Source of the DNA: Coraliomargaritaceae bacterium
GTDB lineage: Bacteria > Verrucomicrobiota > Verrucomicrobiia > Opitutales > Coraliomargaritaceae
Assembly (NCBI GenBank): GCA_045565695.1
Contig: JBJLEZ010000010.1
Location: 2,001 to 66,000 of the forward strand
Direction of reading: 5' to 3'
DNA length: 64,000 nt
Shown here: positions 29,560 to 39,145 of the stretch, piece by piece
Numbering within the stretch: the first letter of the stretch is position 1
Layout: the number at the start of each line of letters is the position of its first letter
Made by a program: the position numbers and the translations under genes
The notes under the pieces: model-generated
The model's input: only the letters and a program-made list of their open reading frames with translations
What the model was told of the DNA's origin: nothing
The model's database searches: none

Positions 29560-29767
29560 ATGGTCTGAAATTCAGAAAGTTGTGAGTGTGCTTTTGTTCC
29601 TTTTACTGTCAAGCTCTCTTCATCATTTAATCTATTTTTAGAGTTTTTCTTCATTTTTCCTCTATGTCTCAATTTTGATTTATATCGGTTCCATGATGAT
29701 AACTTTTAAAAGTCATTATTAATGATGCATTTAGGGAATTTAGAGTCATTATTTGGTGAAATGTTGT

Positions 29768-29845
29768 TCACATAAAAATGTGTATAACTTGTTGATAGTC
29801 ACAATATATTGGGTTTTTTTAAAAAAAATTAACAATATATTGTGT
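29768..29845 (+). promoter_or_regulatory. Three NrdR-box-like palindromes upstream of nrdB
   Basis: The 16-mers are tcacataaaaatgtgt (29768-29783), tcacaatatattgggt (29799-29814) and taacaatatattgtgt (29830-29845). Their centres are exactly 31 bp apart, and they resemble the NrdR consensus acacwatatatwgtgt. A TTGACA hexamer follows at 29853-29858. Confidence 0.6.
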
Positions 29846-29965
29846 TCAGAGTTTGACAGGCATGAAAAATGCTTTTTTATCTCGTGTGTTGCTCGTCATT
29901 CGTTCTTGGCAGGGTCAAAACAGCTAAAACCATCAATATTTTAATCAAACTTAATCAATTATACT

Positions 29966-31048
29966 ATGGATAAAGTCTATACAATCGGTTCAAAAAGCTT
30001 CGTGCTAGATCAAACCAAAGCAGAAGAAGCCTTTTCAGCAAAACGTATCATCAATGGTCGTGATACTATGTTTTTTAATATTTTGCCTCTAAAGTACCAA
30101 TGGGCTTATGAGTTGTATAAAAATATGAAGAACAATCACTGGGAGCCAGAAGATATTCCAATGCAAAAAGACATAGAATTATGGCGTAGCAGTGATTTGT
30201 CGGATGTGGAGCGTTGGATCATTAAGATGGCGATTGGTTATTTTTCTGCAGCAGAGGGTATAGTCGGTGATAATGTTATGCATGTGACTCGTGAATTGGT
30301 TACGGCTCCTGAGTTGAAGTTAGTTTTGGGACGTCATGCTCACGAAGAAAATATTCACGCAGATTCTTTGGTTTACATGATCAGTTCATTAGGGATTAAC
30401 CCACATGAATGTGAGTCTATGTTTGAAGATATTCCAACAATAGATCGCAAAACAGATTTTGTGGTGAGCAATTCCAAAGGGTTACGCCGTGATATGGATT
30501 TGACTCAGACCGCGGAGAAACAGGCGTTTGCAAAAAATATCTTCTTGTTTGGGCAATGTATGGAAGGAACTCAGTTCTATGGATTGTTTGGAATGATACT
30601 ATCGCTATATCGTCAGAATAAGTTCCCAGGTATTGGTCAGATGTTCCGTTATACTCTAAGAGATGAATCCAACCATATTGAATTATTCAGAAATTTATTT
30701 ATGGACCTTGTTGAAGAAAATGAGGACGTATGGACTGAATCATTCCGCCAAGAGTTGAGAGATTTGATGGCTGAAGCAGTATCTCTTGAGAAAGCATTTA
30801 TTAATGATTGCTTGCCTGTTAATTCAGTAGGTTTGAGTTCAGAAGAATTTTGTCAGTACATTGATTACATCGCCGACCGACGTCTAGAGGGCGTTGGGTT
30901 GGATCCAATTAACCCTGGGGTAACAAACCCGTTCCCTTGGTTAGCAGAAATGATGGATATCAAGAAAGAGCAAAACTTCTTTGAGGGTCGGGTCACCGAG
31001 TATCAAAAAGCAAGTGCTCTTGGAAATGTTGATGATGACGAACTGTAA
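29966..31048 (+). CDS. nrdB: Ribonucleotide reductase small subunit, class Ic-like (R2c)
   Basis: 360-aa ORF. Di-metal ligand motifs are FSAAEGIV (Glu where class Ia has Asp), EENIHADSLVY (Leu at the radical-Tyr position), CMEGTQFY and RDESNHIE. The C-terminal NPFPWLAEMMD...FFEGRVTEYQ resembles my recollection of the chlamydial R2 sequence. Confidence 0.85.
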   Translation: MDKVYTIGSKSFVLDQTKAEEAFSAKRIINGRDTMFFNILPLKYQWAYELYKNMKNNHWEPEDIPMQKDIELWRSSDLSDVERWIIKMAIGYFSAAEGIVGDNVMHVTRELVTAPELKLVLGRHAHEENIHADSLVYMISSLGINPHECESMFEDIPTIDRKTDFVVSNSKGLRRDMDLTQTAEKQAFAKNIFLFGQCMEGTQFYGLFGMILSLYRQNKFPGIGQMFRYTLRDESNHIELFRNLFMDLVEENEDVWTESFRQELRDLMAEAVSLEKAFINDCLPVNSVGLSSEEFCQYIDYIADRRLEGVGLDPINPGVTNPFPWLAEMMDIKKEQNFFEGRVTEYQKASALGNVDDDEL

Positions 31049-31147
31049 TTTCAAAGCAGTTCATCATCATTATCTGTCTATCTGACATTATTTTACTATA
31101 AATACCATTAACTACTACATTTAATATATAAAAAAGGACACATACCT

Positions 31148-34100
31148 ATGTTTAAAAAATACGCTTTTGAAGAAGATCTAGAATTGAAGCGCTTTACAGA
31201 TACACCACTCGGAAATAAACCCCGTTTCGATTGGCGTGGCGTTATCAGTGCTGAGCAGTTCTCTAGTTCAGAAATTCGGATTCAAACTGAATCTGGAGAA
31301 CAGGCCTTTGATTTGGCTGAAATTGCTGAGACGATTGGCTCTGCATTGACCGATCTTCTTTTATCGAGGAAAGAAGATGAAATTTTCACTGAGGTTAACC
31401 AAAACTTTGTAGCTAAAGTAGCGGAAAGCGTCGGGAAAGTGTTGAGTAGCCAAATCGAAGAGGGCAAAGAATTAAAATTATCGAACCACGATATTCATCT
31501 GCTGATAGAGAAGGCCTTAATTGAAAACGATGCTTATGATGTCGCTAAGAGTCTCGTCTTTGCTCGTAAAGGAGGCAGTGGGTCTAACACAGAGGAAAGA
31601 AAACCAATTTCGATTCAATTAATTCGCAGAAATAAACAGGTAGTACCTTGGAATGAATCTAAAATAGAGGTAGCCGTCAGAAAGGCTTTTTTGTCCTTAC
31701 ACCTAGATTCAGAACCAGCGGTGAAAATTGCTCGTTCCGTTTCAGAGCGATTGAATGATGCAGAGCAGGCATTTATTAACATCGAGGATGTGCAAGATGC
31801 AGTGCAAGAAGAGATGATGCGTCAAGGCTTCTACAAAGTTGCTGAGTCCTATATTTTACACCGCGCACATAGAGCTCAATTGCGTGACCTAGAAGTTAAG
31901 CCGGTAGAAAGCGAACAACAAGAGGCAATGATTGTTGTTACAGATGAAGAAGGAAATAATAATTTTTGGGATGGTTTAGATTTAAGATTGCGGATTGATT
32001 TTGCCATGATCGGTCTAGATCTAAATTTGGGCAAAGATGCAATTGAAGCGGAATTGCGCCGTTCATTATATCCGGAAATGAAGCGTGCCGACCTTCAGAA
32101 AACAATCATCTTAAATGCAAAATCAATGATCGAAAAAGATGCTGATTTTGCCAAGTTTGCTGCCCGTATTCTATTGTCTTATATTTATGAAGAAGTTCTT
32201 GATTGGGACATTGTGAAAGACGGCGTTAATGGATTGAAAGAAGCGCATCGTATTGGCTTCAAAACTTATCTCAAAAGAGCGGTTGAAATCGATCGTTTGA
32301 ATCCTGATTTATTGAAGTTTGATATCGATACAATCAGTAAAACACTCGATCCTTCTGCTGATTTGAATTTTGATTACTTGGGTATTCAAACATTGTACGA
32401 TCGCTACTTAATTGTTGATAAGGTGGCTAAAGTTAAACGCCGCCTTGAAGTCCCTCAATTCTTTTGGATGCGTGTGTCTATGGGGTTATTCATCCGTGAT
32501 GAAATCAACAAAGAACAAAAAGTTTCTGATTTGTATAACTTGTATAAGAGCCGTCGTTTCTGTTCTTCAACGCCGACTTTATTCAATGCAGGCACCATGC
32601 ACTCACAACTTTCTTCCTGCTATCTTTATAAAGTGGATGACACTATAGAGTCTATCATGCACCGAGGGATTGCTGATAATGCATTCTTGTCTAAGTGGGC
32701 AGGTGGATTGGGCGGTTCATGGACTGCGGTTCGTGGTACAGGTGGATTTATCAAAGGAACTAACGGTGAAAGCCAAGGAGTTATTCCATTTTTGAAATTA
32801 CACAATGACCAGTTGGTGGCCGTGAACCAAGGAGGTAAACGCCGTGGTTCAGGCTGTGCTTATTTAGAAACATGGCACAATGATATCTTAGACTTTCTCG
32901 AATTGAGAAAAAATACAGGTGATGATCGCAGGCGTACTCACGATATGAATACCGCCAACTGGATACCAGATTTGTTTATGAAACGCATGGAATCTCGTGG
33001 TAATTGGACTTTATTCCGTTCCAATGAGGTTTCAGATTTGCATGATTTATATGGAAAAGCGTTTGAAGATCGTTATTCTGAATATGAAGCTCAAGCAGAA
33101 CGTGGCGAAATTTTTGGCGAAACAATCCCTGCAATTGATTTGTGGAAATCAATGCTTCGTATGATTTTTGAAACAGGTCACCCTTGGATTACTTACAAAG
33201 ATCCATGTAATATTCGTAGCCCACAAGATCACGCAGGTGTTATCCATAGCTCTAACCTTTGTACTGAAATTACTCTCAACACCAGTGCTGATGAAACTGC
33301 TGTTTGCAACCTTGGTTCAGTCGTACTCGATTCACATTTAGACAAAGATGGTAATCTCGATCATGAAAAATTGAGAGAGACCATTCGGATTGCTGTTCGC
33401 GCTTTAGATAATGTGATTGATATTAATTTCTATCCAACGGATTCGGCTAAGACAGCAAATACCCGTCATCGTCCTATCGGTCTAGGTATTATGGGTTTGC
33501 AAAATGCGTTGTATCAGAAAAATATCGCATTTGCTTCACAAGCAGCGGTTGAATTTAACGACGAATTTATGGAGGCCATTGCTTATTATGCATATGAGGC
33601 TTCATCCGATTTGGCTGAAGAATTCGGCACTTACAGTAGCTATAAAGGATCAAAGTGGGACCGTGGAATTATGCCTCAAGATAGTATCGATCTTCTAGAG
33701 CAAGAACGAGGGATTGAGATCAATGTTCCAAGAGCCGGTAAAATGGACTGGAAGCCCTTGAGAGAGAGGATTGCTAAACAAGGAATGCGAAACTCCAATG
33801 TATTAGCCATAGCTCCAACGGCAACGATTTCCAACATCATGGGAACCACACCGTGTATTGAACCAACCTATAAAAATCTTTTTGTGAAGAGTAATTTATC
33901 GGGTGACTTTATCGTACTTAACAGTAGCCTGGTTAAGGATTTGAAAGCTGAAGGCTTGTGGAATCAAGAAATGGCGGATCAGCTGAAATATTTTGATGGT
34001 GAGTTAGACTCAGTTGAGAATATTCCTGACCATCTACGTGAAAAATATAAGACAGCTTTCACCATAGATTATCAATATTTCATTGATGCTGCATCTCGCA

Positions 34101-34402
34101 GACAAAAGTGGATTGACCAAGCTCAGTCTGTTAATTTGTTCCTTCCTGAGCCTGACATTAAGGTGCTTTCTCACATGTATAGAGATGCTTGGCATAAAGG
34201 TTTGAAAACAACTTATTACTTAAGAACCTTAGGGGCTTCAAATATTGAAAAAGCCACTGTTGCTGTTAAAAAAGAGATGCGTGGACGTGTTTCAGACAGT
34301 GCAGCTAATGGAGATTCTAAAAAGGAATTTACTGATGCAGAGAAACAGGCTTGTTCGCTTGATGCCATGCTCAATGGCGGTGAGTGTGAAGCTTGTCAAT
34401 AA
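31148..34402 (+). CDS. nrdA: Ribonucleotide reductase large subunit with a long N-terminal (multi ATP-cone-like) extension
   Basis: 1084-aa ORF with an ATP-cone-like IQLIRRNKQVVPWNESKIEVAVRKAF, the active site SSNLCTEI, and the C-terminal redox pair CEACQ. Confidence 0.9.
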   Translation: MFKKYAFEEDLELKRFTDTPLGNKPRFDWRGVISAEQFSSSEIRIQTESGEQAFDLAEIAETIGSALTDLLLSRKEDEIFTEVNQNFVAKVAESVGKVLSSQIEEGKELKLSNHDIHLLIEKALIENDAYDVAKSLVFARKGGSGSNTEERKPISIQLIRRNKQVVPWNESKIEVAVRKAFLSLHLDSEPAVKIARSVSERLNDAEQAFINIEDVQDAVQEEMMRQGFYKVAESYILHRAHRAQLRDLEVKPVESEQQEAMIVVTDEEGNNNFWDGLDLRLRIDFAMIGLDLNLGKDAIEAELRRSLYPEMKRADLQKTIILNAKSMIEKDADFAKFAARILLSYIYEEVLDWDIVKDGVNGLKEAHRIGFKTYLKRAVEIDRLNPDLLKFDIDTISKTLDPSADLNFDYLGIQTLYDRYLIVDKVAKVKRRLEVPQFFWMRVSMGLFIRDEINKEQKVSDLYNLYKSRRFCSSTPTLFNAGTMHSQLSSCYLYKVDDTIESIMHRGIADNAFLSKWAGGLGGSWTAVRGTGGFIKGTNGESQGVIPFLKLHNDQLVAVNQGGKRRGSGCAYLETWHNDILDFLELRKNTGDDRRRTHDMNTANWIPDLFMKRMESRGNWTLFRSNEVSDLHDLYGKAFEDRYSEYEAQAERGEIFGETIPAIDLWKSMLRMIFETGHPWITYKDPCNIRSPQDHAGVIHSSNLCTEITLNTSADETAVCNLGSVVLDSHLDKDGNLDHEKLRETIRIAVRALDNVIDINFYPTDSAKTANTRHRPIGLGIMGLQNALYQKNIAFASQAAVEFNDEFMEAIAYYAYEASSDLAEEFGTYSSYKGSKWDRGIMPQDSIDLLEQERGIEINVPRAGKMDWKPLRERIAKQGMRNSNVLAIAPTATISNIMGTTPCIEPTYKNLFVKSNLSGDFIVLNSSLVKDLKAEGLWNQEMADQLKYFDGELDSVENIPDHLREKYKTAFTIDYQYFIDAASRRQKWIDQAQSVNLFLPEPDIKVLSHMYRDAWHKGLKTTYYLRTLGASNIEKATVAVKKEMRGRVSDSAANGDSKKEFTDAEKQACSLDAMLNGGECEACQ

Positions 34403-34443
34403 GTACAGTTTACATTGAATTAGATTAGAGAAATAATTCAAAA

Positions 34444-34480
34444 AGAGCTACTCCAGAAATGGGGTAGCTTTTTATTTTTT
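34444..34480 (+). terminator. Rho-independent terminator after nrdA (overlaps the rnr stop codon)
   Basis: Stem agctactcc (34446-34454) pairs with ggggtagct (34061+400 region 34461-34469), with one G-U pair, around loop agaaat. It is followed by ttttt a tttttt. Confidence 0.6.
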
Positions 34481-36862
34481 ACGATTTGAGCGTCTGAATT
34501 TTCTCAACTTATTAAGCTCTTTGGGGCTATTCGGAATATCGCCTTTTCGGCTACTGATTCCCTTGATCTTTTTACTATCTGAGTGTTCAGAAATACTAAA
34601 ATCAAGTTGCCGTTTAAAGCGATCAACCTTATTTACATTGACTTTAATTCGTTGGCCGAGAGAGAAAATTTGCTTAGTTCTCTTGCCGACAATATTCTGT
34701 TCATTTGAAGATAGGAAATACATATCTTTGCCTAAATTAGAAATATGAACAAAGCCAAAGGCTTGGGAATCAACCAGTTCAATAAAGAGTCCGTGCTTTT
34801 TAACATCTGTTATTATTGCATCAAAATCATTAGGAGGATCAATTTTTAATTCTTGTTCAAAATATTCTAGAAGTTTGACTTTTGTGGACTCTCTTTCTGC
34901 GTCAACGCTATTTCTTTCGGTAACATTTAGGTGTTGAGTGATTGATTCTAAGGTGGATTGGTTATAGCGTACCTCAATTGAATTGGGCGCGTACTTAGAT
35001 TTAGATTTCACCAAGTAGGCATCAAGAATGCGATGAACGATCAAGTCTGAATAGCGTCTGATCGGAGAGGTGAAGTGAGAGTAATCTGTTTTTGCGAGTC
35101 CATAGTGTCCATCTGCAGTGGGGCGATATTGTGCTTGTTTAAGGCTCTTCAATACTTGAAGTTTTAAAGCATAGGACTGGGGGTGTTCTTTGAGTTGTTT
35201 CAATAGACGCGACATTTCCACAGGCTTTGAAAGTTGATTACAAGGCACTCCGTAGGTTCGCATAATCTGTCTAAGCTCTACAAGTCGAGTATCTTCTGGC
35301 TTGTCATGTACTCGATAGACTGAGGCAATCCGCTCACGTTTACTCATTCGAGCGACTTGTTCATTGGCAACTAACATGAATTCTTCAATAAGTTGGTGGC
35401 TGATGTCATTCACTTGTTTTTCCAAACGTTCTGCATAGCCTTCTTTATCCACATATATCTTAAGCTCATTCATATCTAGATCGAGTGAGCCTTTTTTGAA
35501 ACGCTTTTTTCTTAATTGTGATGCGATTGACCAGAGTGTTCGTATACTTTTTTTAAGATGCGATAATTCTTTTTTTTCTAAAGTTTTTAAGTCACGGCCG
35601 ATTGAGCCGGTTTGGTGCTTTGGCGGTAGAGGAGTTTGTTTAATCAGCTCAAGATCCTCTTTTTCCATAAAGGCCAATGCTTGTTTATAAGTAAGACGCT
35701 TGTTGCTTTGAATCACCGTATTGGCAAATTCAACTTTTTGAATTTCCGCATTTTTATTAAACTGAACAATTACGGATTTCGTTAATCGATCTTCTGCCTC
35801 TACTAATGAGCATAGACCATTAGAAAGGGAGTGAGGGAGCATCGGTATTACTGTACCCACTAAGTATGTACTATTGCCTCGATTTTGAGCTTCTACGTCT
35901 AAAGGTGTTTTTGGTTTAACGTAAGCCGATACATCGGCAATATGAACGCCAATCTCGATTAGATCCTCGTTGATTTCCTTTATGGATAATGCGTCATCAA
36001 AGTCTTTTGCATCATCTGGGTCGATGGTAAATGTATAGTCATTACGAAGGTCGAGCCGATTTTGCATATCCGCTTTTTTTACTTTTGGGGGTATCGCATC
36101 GGCTTGTTCTAAAACTGCTTTGGGAAAATCTGGATCTAAATTATATTTCATTAAGATAGCCTTAAATTCAGCTTTAGGCTCATGTGTCTTGCCTAAGATT
36201 TTCAAGATCTTTGCTTCAGGCATAATCACTCTTTGTGACCAATTGACTATTTCAAACAGTACCTTATCGCCATCTTCAATAGATAGTTCTCCGATGGAAG
36301 CTTTTGGTACAATAAATTCAGGGATGATATAAGGATCATCGGCAACGATATAGCTATGGTCTTTGGTATCTTCTCTGTAAGTACCGATATAGGTATCTCG
36401 GGCTCTCTGTATAATTTTTAGAACTCGGAAGGATTTGGCTTCGTTGGGTTGTATGGACTGACTTTTCCTATGCTTTTTACGGTAATCAAAACGGGGTTTT
36501 TTCTTTTCAATAATTCTTCCGAGAATCGTGTCACCTTGAAGAGCAACATTGGTATCCTGTTCGGCAATAGTATAAGGCTCTTTAGTATTGGATCCTTCCG
36601 GAAAGAATAAGGCAGAACCATTTTGTTTAAACTTTATTTTTCCTTTTATATAACCATCTGTTTCACAAATCTGGATTCGATGGTTTTTCCCATATTCAAT
36701 TTGATTTTCCTGTATCAATTGATCGATGCATTCAAAAAATAGCTCTTTTTTGGCATTAGGAACCTTTAATATATTAGATAAAGCTTCTTTCTTAACGGGT
36801 TTATAGTCAGATGATTGAATTAGTCTTAAAAGAGATTTTCTGAAATGAATGATTGAAGACAT
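34472..36862 (-). CDS. rnr: Ribonuclease R (RNase II/RNB family)
   Basis: 796-aa ORF with the RNB catalytic domain (FTIDPDDAKDFDDALS, HFTSPIRRYSDLIVHR), a C-terminal S1 domain and a basic tail. Confidence 0.9.
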   Translation of the reverse strand: MSSIIHFRKSLLRLIQSSDYKPVKKEALSNILKVPNAKKELFFECIDQLIQENQIEYGKNHRIQICETDGYIKGKIKFKQNGSALFFPEGSNTKEPYTIAEQDTNVALQGDTILGRIIEKKKPRFDYRKKHRKSQSIQPNEAKSFRVLKIIQRARDTYIGTYREDTKDHSYIVADDPYIIPEFIVPKASIGELSIEDGDKVLFEIVNWSQRVIMPEAKILKILGKTHEPKAEFKAILMKYNLDPDFPKAVLEQADAIPPKVKKADMQNRLDLRNDYTFTIDPDDAKDFDDALSIKEINEDLIEIGVHIADVSAYVKPKTPLDVEAQNRGNSTYLVGTVIPMLPHSLSNGLCSLVEAEDRLTKSVIVQFNKNAEIQKVEFANTVIQSNKRLTYKQALAFMEKEDLELIKQTPLPPKHQTGSIGRDLKTLEKKELSHLKKSIRTLWSIASQLRKKRFKKGSLDLDMNELKIYVDKEGYAERLEKQVNDISHQLIEEFMLVANEQVARMSKRERIASVYRVHDKPEDTRLVELRQIMRTYGVPCNQLSKPVEMSRLLKQLKEHPQSYALKLQVLKSLKQAQYRPTADGHYGLAKTDYSHFTSPIRRYSDLIVHRILDAYLVKSKSKYAPNSIEVRYNQSTLESITQHLNVTERNSVDAERESTKVKLLEYFEQELKIDPPNDFDAIITDVKKHGLFIELVDSQAFGFVHISNLGKDMYFLSSNEQNIVGKRTKQIFSLGQRIKVNVNKVDRFKRQLDFSISEHSDSKKIKGISSRKGDIPNSPKELNKLRKFRRSNRKK

Positions 36863-37013
36863 ATGAGTATTTTTAGCTATAGGCTAATTCTAAATTTTTA
36901 CGAGACTTCTTTAAAACAATTGGACGATTCTTTTGTGCTAATAGCTTAATTAAATCTAATTGTCTTAAGAATTTTATAGTATCGTTTTTTACGAAGGGTT
37001 TCTTTTCAGGAAA

Positions 37014-39119
37014 TTAATTTTGGGTATAGGAACGAAGTGAACTCTGGAGACTCAAATCAATGAAAGCATCTTGTGCAGAAAAAGATGCCTGAGAAGTACT
37101 CTTTATTTTTTTGTACTCTCCATTAGCTAACAAAGTATTAGCTTGCGTGTTATCTTTCAAATAAGCTTCCAAGATTTTCAAGATACGATTTCGCTCTTCA
37201 GCACTTTCAATCGGGAACACACATTCGATACGTTTAAAGAAATTTCGCGGCATTGCATCGGCACTTCCTAAGTATAATAGAGCGTCACCTTTGCTACTGT
37301 TCTCAAAATAATAGATGCGAGAATGTTCTAAAAATCTTCCAAGAATACTTCTAACATTTATATTTTCGCTAAGGCCTTTGACTCTTGGAACAATGTTACA
37401 GATTCCTCGAATAATTAAATCGATTTTTACACCTGCTTGTGACGCACGATACAGATTATCGATTGTTTCTTGATCTACTAAGCTGTTAGCTTGGATCATA
37501 ATACGTGCAGGGTATCCCGCTAAAGCATTTTTTATCTCCCTCTTAATATTTTTTTGAATAGAACTGTGGAAATTAAAAGGTGCCACTAGAAGGTGCTTAA
37601 ATGCAGGGGTATGTGCATAACCCGTTAGCGTATTGAATAATGCTGCCACTTCAGAGGTTAGTTTCTTTTTGGCAGTAAAAAAGCTAAAGTCGGTATACAG
37701 TCGCGCTGTCTTTTGATTATAGTTCCCTGTACTTAAGTGTACATAATGTTTAAGTTTTTTGCCTTCTCTTCTAACTACCATACATGTTTTGCAATGGGTC
37801 TTGAGTCCAACAATTCCGTAAACAACATGAACCCCTACGTCTTCTAGCTTTTTCGCCCAATGAATGTTGTTAGCTTCATCGAAACGTGCTTTGATTTCCA
37901 CAATTGCAGTGACTTGCTTGCCGTTTTTTGAGGCATCCATTAAAGCTTTTACGATAGGAGAATCGCCAGAAGTTCGATAGAGAGTTTGCTTAATAGCGAA
38001 TACCTTGGGGTCTTTAGCCGCTTGTTCGATAAAATCAATAAATGGCTGAAAACTGTCGTAGGGCTGATGAAGCAATAAGTCCTTTTTGGCAATGTTATCA
38101 AAAATCAATTCAGGCAATTCAAATCCTTTGGGAATTTTTGGGCTAAAGTGAGGGAATTTTAAATCGGAACGTTTAATTAAATCATATACGCCCATTAGCC
38201 TCAGTGGATTAATTGGACCATCCGTCTCATAAATTGCCTTTTCCTCTAGATCAAGTGCTCCCATAAATTGTTTTAGCATTTTTCGATCAAAGCCTTTACA
38301 AATTTCTAGGCGAACGGCTGCTCCTTTTTCCCTTCGAACTAATTCTTCTTCTATTTTGTTCAGAAGGTTTTTAACTTCTTCGTCATCGATGTAGAGCTCG
38401 CTATTACGAGTGATTCTAAATGGTGTTGCCGATTTTACCCGATAGCCTTGGAAGAGTGTGTTGATGAAGTATTCAATGATATCGCTTAAGAAAATGTAGA
38501 CTTCATCTTTATTTTTTCTAGGAACTTCAATTTTTACGACTCTTGGTAAAATTCGAGGGACAGGAATGATCGCCATTTTAGAGTCCTTTTTTCTTGAATT
38601 ATTTTGTTTCAAGGAGGCTAAAATATAAAGTGCCTTATTTATTAATTGAGGGAAAGGATGAGCTGGATCTATTGCTAAAGGTGTCAGTATTGGGTATATG
38701 TATTCTTCGAAATAATGTTTCACCCATTGCTTTTCTCTGACGTTTAGCTCTCGATAATTTAAAAAACGAATTCCTGCAGACTCTAGCTCCGGCAAGAGTG
38801 AATCTTTCCAGCATTGATTCTGCTCTAAGAGCAATTCTTTGACGTAGCTTTCAATTTGAACTAATTGCTCATTTGCATCGAGTCCGTCAGGTCCTCGCTC
38901 AACAACACCCGATTTTATCTGCTGAATTAATCCAGCAACTCGTATTTCAAAAAATTCATCTAAATTTGAACTAACAAAAGCCAAAAACTTCATCCTCTCT
39001 AATAGAGGGTAGCAGGAAGATTGTGCCTGCTCAAGTACTCGTCGGTTAAAAGCTAACCAACTTAATTCTCGGTTGAAATAGCGAAAAGGTTGTTTTTCAG
39101 ATGATACTTTTTTTATCAT
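37014..39119 (-). CDS. ppk: Polyphosphate kinase 1
   Basis: 701-aa ORF with the N-terminal [18 protein letters not shown] and the phospho-His region [15 protein letters not shown]. Confidence 0.9.
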   Translation of the reverse strand: MIKKVSSEKQPFRYFNRELSWLAFNRRVLEQAQSSCYPLLERMKFLAFVSSNLDEFFEIRVAGLIQQIKSGVVERGPDGLDANEQLVQIESYVKELLLEQNQCWKDSLLPELESAGIRFLNYRELNVREKQWVKHYFEEYIYPILTPLAIDPAHPFPQLINKALYILASLKQNNSRKKDSKMAIIPVPRILPRVVKIEVPRKNKDEVYIFLSDIIEYFINTLFQGYRVKSATPFRITRNSELYIDDEEVKNLLNKIEEELVRREKGAAVRLEICKGFDRKMLKQFMGALDLEEKAIYETDGPINPLRLMGVYDLIKRSDLKFPHFSPKIPKGFELPELIFDNIAKKDLLLHQPYDSFQPFIDFIEQAAKDPKVFAIKQTLYRTSGDSPIVKALMDASKNGKQVTAIVEIKARFDEANNIHWAKKLEDVGVHVVYGIVGLKTHCKTCMVVRREGKKLKHYVHLSTGNYNQKTARLYTDFSFFTAKKKLTSEVAALFNTLTGYAHTPAFKHLLVAPFNFHSSIQKNIKREIKNALAGYPARIMIQANSLVDQETIDNLYRASQAGVKIDLIIRGICNIVPRVKGLSENINVRSILGRFLEHSRIYYFENSSKGDALLYLGSADAMPRNFFKRIECVFPIESAEERNRILKILEAYLKDNTQANTLLANGEYKKIKSTSQASFSAQDAFIDLSLQSSLRSYTQN

Positions 39120-39145
39120 TTATATTTTTACAGTGATAGCAGTGA

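Noticed and set aside
29711-29753. 10-mer direct repeat agtcattatt (29711-29720 and 29744-29753) upstream of the tRNA genes.
   Set aside because: It is a single short AT-rich repeat in an AT-rich spacer, which is compatible with chance.
29753-29944. 63-aa ORF in the nrdB leader.
   Set aside because: It overlaps the three NrdR-like boxes and the putative promoter. The peptide has no features, so the region is more plausibly regulatory DNA.
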